Shown here: positions 56,417 through 64,000 of the stretch, in pieces
How the letters are laid out: each line of letters begins with the position of its first letter
Numbering within the stretch: position 1 is the stretch's first letter
Assembly (NCBI GenBank): GCA_044223005.1
Contig: JBGAML010000003.1
Span: 262,866 to 326,865 of the forward strand
Origin: Candidatus Eiseniibacteriota bacterium
GTDB taxonomy: Bacteria > Eisenbacteria > RBG-16-71-46
Length of the DNA stretch: 64,000 bases
Reading direction: 5' to 3'
Position numbers and translations under genes: made by a program
Notes under the pieces: generated by a model
What the model was told of the DNA's origin: nothing
The model's input: only the letters and a program-made list of their open reading frames with translations
The model's database searches: none

Positions 56417-57318
56417 GCGCGCTCGCCACCCGCACGCTGGAGCGCTGCCTCGCGTGCGGCCGCGGCCCGCTGCGGCCGCTGGCGATGCGCTACGAGTGGG
56501 AGGGCGGCGCGTTCCCGCTGGTCGAGTGCGCGGCGTGCGGCATGCGCGGCCTGGGTGTGCAGCCGGTGGGCGAGACGATCGCGCGCATGTACTCGGCCGA
56601 GTACTTCCGGACCGACTTCCGCTGCGGGCGCAGCGACACGCACTCGTTCGACGAGCAGGCGTTCCGCGACGAGAACGACGGGTTGCTCGCGCGCTTCGAA
56701 CCCTATCGCGGCGCCGGCCGGCTGCTCGAGGTCGGCTGCGCGTCGGGCTGGCTGCTGCACCACGCCGCCCGGCGCGGGTGGGCCGTGCGCGGCGTCGAGT
56801 TCTCCGCCGACGCCGTCGCGCACGCGCGCGCGCTCGGGCTCGCCGTGGAGCAGGGCGCGCTCGAGGATGTGACGCTGCCCGAAGCCGCGTTCGATCTCGT
56901 CTACATGGGCGACGTGCTCGAGCACGTGCCGGACTGCCACGACACCGTGAATCGCGTCGCGACGCTGCTCGCGCCGGGCGGCCACTTCTTCCTGCGCGGC
57001 CCCATCACCACGCACTCGATCGCGCGCGCGCTCGCCCTCGCGGCGTTCGGGGCGGCGGGCCGCGCGATCGTCCTGAACGAGCCGCCCTACCACCTGTGGG
57101 AGTTCACGCCGCGCACGCTCGCGGGGCTCTGCCGCGCCGCCGGTCTCGAGGTCGTCGTGATGGAGCAGGCGAAGATCCCGCCCGGCGGCGCCTACGGCCG
57201 CAAGAGCGGCCTGCAGCGCGCGGTCATGGCGGCGATCGACGCGGTGAACGTCCCCATCACGCGGGCCTTCAACGCGTTGGGCGATCGCGTCGTCATGGTG
57301 GCGCGCCGGCCCGCCTGA
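56413..57318 (+). CDS. Class I SAM-dependent methyltransferase with N-terminal Cys4 Zn-ribbon
   Basis: CLACG...CAACG Zn-ribbon. SAM-binding motif I LLEVGCASGW. Acidic post-I and DVLEHV motifs. A GTG start overlaps the mnmA stop. Confidence 0.7.
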   Translation: MSALATRTLERCLACGRGPLRPLAMRYEWEGGAFPLVECAACGMRGLGVQPVGETIARMYSAEYFRTDFRCGRSDTHSFDEQAFRDENDGLLARFEPYRGAGRLLEVGCASGWLLHHAARRGWAVRGVEFSADAVAHARALGLAVEQGALEDVTLPEAAFDLVYMGDVLEHVPDCHDTVNRVATLLAPGGHFFLRGPITTHSIARALALAAFGAAGRAIVLNEPPYHLWEFTPRTLAGLCRAAGLEVVVMEQAKIPPGGAYGRKSGLQRAVMAAIDAVNVPITRAFNALGDRVVMVARRPA

Positions 57319-57439
57319 ACCGGGACGGGCGTCCGCACGCCGGGGGCGTGAAGAATCCTTGACCCGCGCGGCGGCTCGCCGGACCATCCCGGAAGTGTTC
57401 CCGACCGGGGCCACCCCACGTCCCCCGAACGAGGTTGCG

Positions 57440-59347
57440 ATGAAGCACGACCCGACGCGCGCCATGAAGCGCGTCAACGTTCTCGCCGCCGCGCTCCTCG
57501 CGAGCGCACTGCTGCCGGTCCTCGCCGGAACCGCGTCCGCATCGACGAGTGCGATTCCCGGGCTGCCCGACTACGTGCAGTACGTGAAGTTCGGATCGAC
57601 GACGTCGAACTGCGATTCGTGCGTGCCGCACGTCTGCGCCGATCGCCCGGTGCATGTCGTCATCCGCACGGGATTCGGTGATGGCTGCTGGAGCGTTCGT
57701 GGGGCCCGGCTCCTGCCGATCCTCTCGTCCATCGGGACTCCGGTCGTCCAACTCGAGGTCCGGCACGCGTGCGCCGGCGTCTGCTCACTCAACGCACCGA
57801 TCTTCGACACCGCGATCGACCTGCCGGCGTCCGCGCCGGGACCGCAGTCCTTCCGGCTCATGATCGTGCAGAACCAGTGCCCGGACACAAGCTTCTCGTT
57901 CGTGGGCGAGGCGGAGATTCCGTTCGTCGCCGACCGCTGCGACACCGACCGGTGCGTGTTCCCGTTCCTGGGCGGCATCAGTCCCGTGGCGGATCCGCGC
58001 CCCGGCTGCGCGCTCGTGCTGCCGCCCGGTGGGCGCGGCACGCTGCCGCTCAGCGTGCAGACGAACGGCGTCGCGCTGGCCGGGCTGCAGGGCACGGTCG
58101 AGGCGACACCCAACGTGCACGTGCTGCACCTCGACGCCCGCCCGATCGGCAACACGCCGATGCACCTCGTCACGAAACGCCAGCCGAACGGCTCGATCCA
58201 GTACGTGATGTACGCGGACGCGGGTGCACCGATCCCCGCGAACGCGCTCACGACCGTGCTGTGGGCGACGCTCGAGGCCGACACGTCGGTGCGGCACACG
58301 CCCGGCGCGGTGGGTGGCGTTTCGGCCACGGTCACCGCGGCCTCGGACGCCGGCGGCAACAGCGTCCCGGTCTGCCCGATCGACTTGATCCGCGTGCCGG
58401 ACATCCCGATCTGCTTCGCGCTGCCGGCGGACTGCGACGCGAACCGGGACGGCTACACCAACGTGGCCGACCTCGTGCGCATGGTGTTCTGCTACCTGAA
58501 TCCCGCGGCGTGCCCCGATTCGGCCGCCAGCCGACCGGATTGCAACGGCAATGGCACCTACACGCTGGCGGACCTCATGTGCTGCGCGTGGACCATGGTC
58601 GGCGGGGGCGCCCGCGACAGCTCGCAGGCGCCGGGCGCCCTGCAGGTCGGGCTCGGAGCGCCGATCGTGAACCATGGCATCGTGAGCACGCCGCTCCAGT
58701 TCCACGGGCTCGCGGGGCTCGGAGGGGCGATGATCCGCGTCCGCTATCCGTCCGATCGCTACACCGTCGGGCCGTTCGCGCAGATCGTGGAACCCTCCGC
58801 GAGGACACGGGCGGACGGTTCGAGCAGCCTGTCGTTCTGGACGCTGCTGCAGGACGCGTCGCAGGGCGAGGTGCTCCTGGCGCTGGTGCGCACGGACGGC
58901 GCGGCGCCCGAGGACTTCACGTACCCGCTCGAGTTCGCCTGCATGACGGGTGCAGCGCCCGGCGGCACGGTCGAGATCGTCGAGAGCAGCTTCTTCGGCA
59001 CCGACGGCAAGCCGATCCGGCTCGACCTCGCGGGAATGAAGTTCGCGCTGCCGCTCGACGACGGGGCAGGTGGTTCGGTCAGCCGCATCGATCTCGCGTT
59101 CGCGCCCAACCCGGCCTCGGCGACCTCGCGCTTCGTGGTGCGGCTGCCGCAGGCGGGCAACGTGGACCTCGGCGTCTTCGACCTCGCCGGCCGGCGCCTC
59201 GCGACGCCGTTCAAGGGCGCGATGGCGGCGGGCGAACGCACGATCGCATGGGACGCGAAGCAGGTGCATGCGGGCGTCTACTTCGCGCGTCTCACGGTGG
59301 ACGGCGTCGTGCGAACGACGCGCGTCACCGTGCTGCCGGCACGCTGA
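57440..59347 (+). CDS. Secreted Cys-rich protein with dockerin-like Ca-binding repeats and T9SS/Por-type C-terminal sorting domain
   Basis: Signal peptide. Dockerin-like repeats DCDANRDGYTNVADLVRMV and DCNGNGTYTLADLMCC. C-terminal FVVRLPQAGNVDLGVFDLAGRRLATPF...WDAKQVHAGVYFARLTVDGVVRTTRVTV matches the Por_Secre_tail pattern. Confidence 0.6.
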   Translation: MKHDPTRAMKRVNVLAAALLASALLPVLAGTASASTSAIPGLPDYVQYVKFGSTTSNCDSCVPHVCADRPVHVVIRTGFGDGCWSVRGARLLPILSSIGTPVVQLEVRHACAGVCSLNAPIFDTAIDLPASAPGPQSFRLMIVQNQCPDTSFSFVGEAEIPFVADRCDTDRCVFPFLGGISPVADPRPGCALVLPPGGRGTLPLSVQTNGVALAGLQGTVEATPNVHVLHLDARPIGNTPMHLVTKRQPNGSIQYVMYADAGAPIPANALTTVLWATLEADTSVRHTPGAVGGVSATVTAASDAGGNSVPVCPIDLIRVPDIPICFALPADCDANRDGYTNVADLVRMVFCYLNPAACPDSAASRPDCNGNGTYTLADLMCCAWTMVGGGARDSSQAPGALQVGLGAPIVNHGIVSTPLQFHGLAGLGGAMIRVRYPSDRYTVGPFAQIVEPSARTRADGSSSLSFWTLLQDASQGEVLLALVRTDGAAPEDFTYPLEFACMTGAAPGGTVEIVESSFFGTDGKPIRLDLAGMKFALPLDDGAGGSVSRIDLAFAPNPASATSRFVVRLPQAGNVDLGVFDLAGRRLATPFKGAMAAGERTIAWDAKQVHAGVYFARLTVDGVVRTTRVTVLPAR

Positions 59348-59359
59348 ACGCGCCGGCTT

Positions 59360-60009
59360 TCAGCGGCGGGGTGGCCCACTTGGGGCCGCCCCGCTCGCGT
59401 TTGCGGGCTTCGCCGTGCGGCGGGGCACGAGCTCGAACCGGAGCGAATCCGCGGGCAGCGGACCGCGTGATGTGAACGACCACATGCGCCACGTGCCGTT
59501 ACGCACGACGCCGGCGAGCGGCAGCGGCGTACGCACGTCGATGCCCGCCGGCACCTGCACGGCGACCTTCCACGGCGTGAGCCCGGGGCCCGCCCATTCC
59601 GGTACCGCGACGCGGGCCGCCCGGACGAGGTGCAGCGAGCCGCTGCGCGTGCGCACGAGCCCCGGGCCTTTCGCGAGCACGCGGCCGGTCCAGGACAGCG
59701 TGAACGCCGCCTCGCCGGGGCGCAGCGAATCGGCCAGCTCGACGTGCAGCGAATCGCCGCGCATCCCGAAGACGAGCGGCAGGCGGCCGCGCGCGTTCCA
59801 CATCTCCACCCGGCTCGGCGGCGCGCCGGTGAAGCGCACGGCGAGCTCGCGCGTCGGGCGACGTACCTCGAGCGGTGCCGCGTACTGGCCATTCCACGTC
59901 GTGCCCGCGGGGTCCACTTCGAGCGTGAAGCGCTGCAACTTCGGCGTGATGGCCGCCGTATCGGGAGTCCCAGCCGCGAGCAGAATCGCGATGGCCCATG
60001 CGGGATGCA
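59360..60009 (-). CDS. Hypothetical secreted protein (216 aa)
   Basis: Signal peptide MLALHPAWAIAILLAAG. Strong G/C bias at third codon positions. The long upstream ORF-track extension (to 61060) is rejected because it is antisense to plus-strand genes. Confidence 0.45.
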
Positions 60010-60097
60010 GTGCTAGCATGCCGCGCACGTTAGGCGCCCCCTCGGCGCCACGCAACGAGGAGCATCGTCGCTCCAATACCCTTGTTGGGAGGGCATC

Positions 60098-60682
60098 ATG
60101 GTCCGCAGGACCACTTCGATCGGGATCACGTTCGTCACGGCCGCGCTGCTCGCGTCGCTCGCCGCACTCGCGTGGGCGGCGGCGGGAGCGAAGCCCGCGG
60201 GCAAGCCCGCCGATCCGGCGGCGCGCAAGGCGCAGGTGGAGCGCGGGCGCTACCTCACCACCGTCATGGGCTGCAACGACTGCCACACGCCGGGCTTCTT
60301 CTACGGCGCGCCCGACATGGACCGCAAGCTCGCGGGCAGCGAAGTGCCGTGGAAGGGTCCGTGGGGCGTCACGTTCGCGCGCAACCTCACGCCCGACATG
60401 GAGACCGGCCTCGGCTACTGGAGCGAGGACGAGATCGTGAAGGCGATCCGCAGCGGCGTGAAGAACGACGGCTCGCCGATCCTGCCGCCGATGCCGTGGC
60501 AGGACTTCTCGGCGCTGACCGACGCGGACGCGCACGCGATCGCGGCCTACCTGATGAGCCTCCCGCCGATCTCGCACAAGGTCCCGGACACGGTGCCGCC
60601 CGGAAAGGCGTACGACGCTCCGGCGGTCGAGTTCCCGCCGCCCTCGGCGTGGGACGCGCCGAAGGGGCCCGCGGGGAAGTAG
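60098..60682 (+). CDS. Monoheme c-type cytochrome
   Basis: Signal/TM anchor. A single CNDCH heme-binding motif. A downstream Met-Pro-rich region. Confidence 0.7.
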   Translation: MVRRTTSIGITFVTAALLASLAALAWAAAGAKPAGKPADPAARKAQVERGRYLTTVMGCNDCHTPGFFYGAPDMDRKLAGSEVPWKGPWGVTFARNLTPDMETGLGYWSEDEIVKAIRSGVKNDGSPILPPMPWQDFSALTDADAHAIAAYLMSLPPISHKVPDTVPPGKAYDAPAVEFPPPSAWDAPKGPAGK

Positions 60683-60785
60683 CCGGCCGGCCAGCGACGT
60701 GGCCGCGGCGGAGCCTCGCTCCGCCGCGGCCCATTCGTTTCGCGGCGATTGACAGGGCGCGGCCGCGTTCCTACGGTCGCCGCCC

Positions 60786-61789
<1,004 letters not shown>

Positions 61790-61793
<4 letters not shown>

Positions 61794-62614
61794 GCACGCG
61801 GCCCTCCGACACCGCCCTGTTCCTGCGTGCGACGTGGGCCCGAACCTATTCGCGCCTCGTCGGGACGCTCCGCCAGCCGCAGTCGTTCCTCGCCGACGCC
61901 GTGTTCCCCAACCTCGGCATGTGCGCGTTCGTGCTGCTCTACCGCGCGCTCGGCGCGCCGAAATCGTACGAGGCGCTGGCGGTGATCGGCGGCGTGCTGA
62001 CCACCTACTGGATCAACGTGCTGTGGGGGATGGGCGCGCAGTTCTACTGGGAGAAGCAGGCCGGGCAGCTGCAGCTCTACTTCGCCGCGCCGTGCTCGCG
62101 CATGGCGATCCTGACCGGCATGGCGCTCGGCGGCCTCGTCAGTACGGTGTTCCGCTCCCTGGTCGGCGTGGCGATCGGGGTGTGGGTGTTCCAGGTGCGG
62201 CTCGAAGCGTTCTCGCCGTGGCTGCTCGCCGCCGTCTTCCTCGCGACCATGACGGCGCTCTACGCGCTCGGCATGACGCTCGCGAGCGTGTTCCTGCTCT
62301 GGGGCCGCGAGGCGTGGAACATCTGCAACGCGCTCGTGGAGCCGGTCTACTTCCTCTCCGGACTCTATTTCCCGATCCGCACGCTGGGTGCGTTCGGCGC
62401 CGTCACCGCCGCGCTCATTCCGCTCACGCTGGGCGTGGACGCGCTGCGGCAGGTGCTGCTGGGGCCGGCCGCCCACGGCCTCGTGCCGCTGCGATTCGAG
62501 CTGGCGGCGTTGATCGGTTTCGCGGCGGTTTTCCTCGTGCTCGCGCGTTACGCGCTCCGGTACCTCGAGAACCTCTCCAAGCACGAGGGGAGGTTGACGC
62601 TGCGATGGCAATGA
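61790..62614 (+). CDS. ABC-2 family transporter permease
   Basis: Six predicted TM helices. A GTG start overlaps the ATPase stop. Confidence 0.7.
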
Positions 62615-63453
62615 GCGCGACGTGGACGCGGCTGCGCACGGCGGCCTGGCTCGGGTGGCAGGTGGACAGCAACTGGACCGACCCGTTCCTGTTCCTGACC
62701 TACGCGATCGCGCGTCCACTCGCGACCGGCCTGATCCTCGTGGGCATGTACTGGGCCGTGCGTGGTCCGGGGGTGTCGGCGGCGCTCTTCGCCGGCTTCT
62801 ACGTCGCGAACGCGTTCCACGCGTTCGTCAACACGGTGCTCGTGGACATGGGCTGGATCGTGTTCGGCGAACGCGAGGAGTACGAAACGCTCAAGTACAT
62901 CGTCGCCTCGCCGATCGGCCTGCGCACCTACCTCACCGGGCGCTCGCTGGTGAAGTACGTGCGCGCCACGTTCAGCTGCACGCTGATGCTCGTGCTGGGC
63001 TGGTTCCTGCTCGGCGTGCGCTGGGACTGGGCCGCGGTCCGGCCGCTGCCGCTCGTGCTCGCGACCGCGTGCGGGCTGGTTTCGACGCTCACGGTGGGTT
63101 TCCTCGTCGCGGGTTCCTCGCTCGTGCTCACGCGCGCGGCGATGACCGTGCTCGAGGGCACGGCGCTGGCGCTCTACCTGCTCTGCGGCGTCATCTTCCC
63201 GGTCGACCTGCTGCCGCGCGCGCTGCAGTGGGTCGCGTTCGCGCTGCCGTTCACGTGGTGGTACGAGGCGCTGCGGCGCTTCCTGCTCGGGCACGGCTCG
63301 GGCGCGGTGATGAACGCGTTCAGCGACACCCAGTTGCTCGGCGGGCTCGTGCTCTCGACCGTGCTCGCGTCGGCGCTCTCCGTCTGGGGATTCCACGCGC
63401 TGGAACGGCACGCCCGGCGGCTGGGGCGCATCGACCAGACCACGCTGTTCTGA
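62605..63453 (+). CDS. ABC-2 family transporter permease (second subunit)
   Basis: Six predicted TM helices. The ATG at 62605 overlaps the previous gene by 10 nt. Confidence 0.7.
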   Translation: MAMSATWTRLRTAAWLGWQVDSNWTDPFLFLTYAIARPLATGLILVGMYWAVRGPGVSAALFAGFYVANAFHAFVNTVLVDMGWIVFGEREEYETLKYIVASPIGLRTYLTGRSLVKYVRATFSCTLMLVLGWFLLGVRWDWAAVRPLPLVLATACGLVSTLTVGFLVAGSSLVLTRAAMTVLEGTALALYLLCGVIFPVDLLPRALQWVAFALPFTWWYEALRRFLLGHGSGAVMNAFSDTQLLGGLVLSTVLASALSVWGFHALERHARRLGRIDQTTLF

Positions 63454-63559
63454 ACGGGGCGGTGCCGCTCGGCGCTTCCGCCGTGCGCCCTGTCCCCGGG
63501 CGTTGTAGTCTGGGCCCGCTGGCGTTCGGTCCCCCGCGCCCCACCTTCGGAGGATGACC

Positions 63560-64000
63560 ATGCCCTCGCGCACCACGTTGCGTCTCACCGCCGCCGCGAT
63601 CGCCCTGCTGGCACTGCCGGCGATCGCCGCGGTCCCCGCCCGTCACGTCGTGCCCACGCGCGCCCGCAGCGAGAGCGTCGACCGGCGGCTCGACGTGAAC
63701 GAGCTGAACCTCTCGGTCAGCAACCTCGGCTGGATCGGGTACAACCCATTCGTGGGTTCGCCGGGCCTCTTCTATCCGCGCGGGACGAACCGCTCGGTGC
63801 TCTTCGCGGGCGGGCTCTGGGTGGGCGCGACCGTCGCGGGCTCACCCCGTCTCGCGCTCGCGGAGTATTCGTCCGAGTTCCAGCCCGGTGGCATGCCGGG
63901 CGGGGTGGGTGAGGACCCGGCCGATCCCGATCTCGTCGTGTGGAAGATGAAGGCGTGGAGCGGGAATCCGTCGGATACCGCCGAGGTGGCGCACACGGTG
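63560..64000 (+). CDS. Hypothetical secreted protein, 3'-truncated at window edge
   Basis: The ATG at 63560 has GGAGGA 6 nt upstream. Signal peptide (LTAAAIALLALPAIAAVPA). The reading frame stays open to the window end. Confidence 0.4.
   Translation, partial: MPSRTTLRLTAAAIALLALPAIAAVPARHVVPTRARSESVDRRLDVNELNLSVSNLGWIGYNPFVGSPGLFYPRGTNRSVLFAGGLWVGATVAGSPRLALAEYSSEFQPGGMPGGVGEDPADPDLVVWKMKAWSGNPSDTAEVAHTV

Overview
This is a high-GC (about 70% by eye) bacterial chromosomal window, densely packed with genes on both strands. I count roughly 50 protein-coding genes and no rRNA, tRNA, CRISPR or obvious mobile elements. Housekeeping genes are ffh, rpsP, serS, accD, folC, an LptD/OstA-family outer-membrane protein, tsaE, a tsaB-rimI fusion, and an iscS-mnmA-methyltransferase operon. 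These are interspersed with envelope, secretion and signalling genes: a PorX-like response regulator with a PglZ domain, two secreted proteins whose C-termini look like T9SS/Por sorting domains, DUF4097 proteins, a Cache-MCP and a sensor histidine kinase. Metal homeostasis is represented by a CopA P-type ATPase, a cupredoxin-like protein and a sirtuin. Sulfur amino-acid metabolism is represented by CBS, two Cys/Met gamma-lyase or gamma-synthase family enzymes and a cysteine desulfurase. The gene content (Gram-negative envelope, T9SS-type C-terminal domains, PorX-like regulator) suggests an FCB-group or Gemmatimonadetes-like lineage, but that is an inference.

The most notable observations are these. 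(1) A signal-peptide-bearing gene encodes a 5'-nucleotidase-like domain fused to a tetraheme cytochrome c and is interrupted by a single in-frame TGA inside the conserved domain; this makes it a candidate selenocysteine-containing or recoded protein. (2) A transmembrane Ser/Thr kinase with an extracytoplasmic DUF4384-like domain sits next to a secreted TPR-CHAT (caspase-like) protease. (3) T9SS-related components occur in a high-GC genome, including a cargo protein with dockerin-like repeats. (4) A conserved three-gene envelope module (lipoprotein, DUF4097, beta-helical membrane protein) is preceded by a long AT-rich leader with promoter-like and terminator-like elements.

Many long alternative-frame and antisense ORFs in the supplied track are high-GC artefacts; I rejected them.
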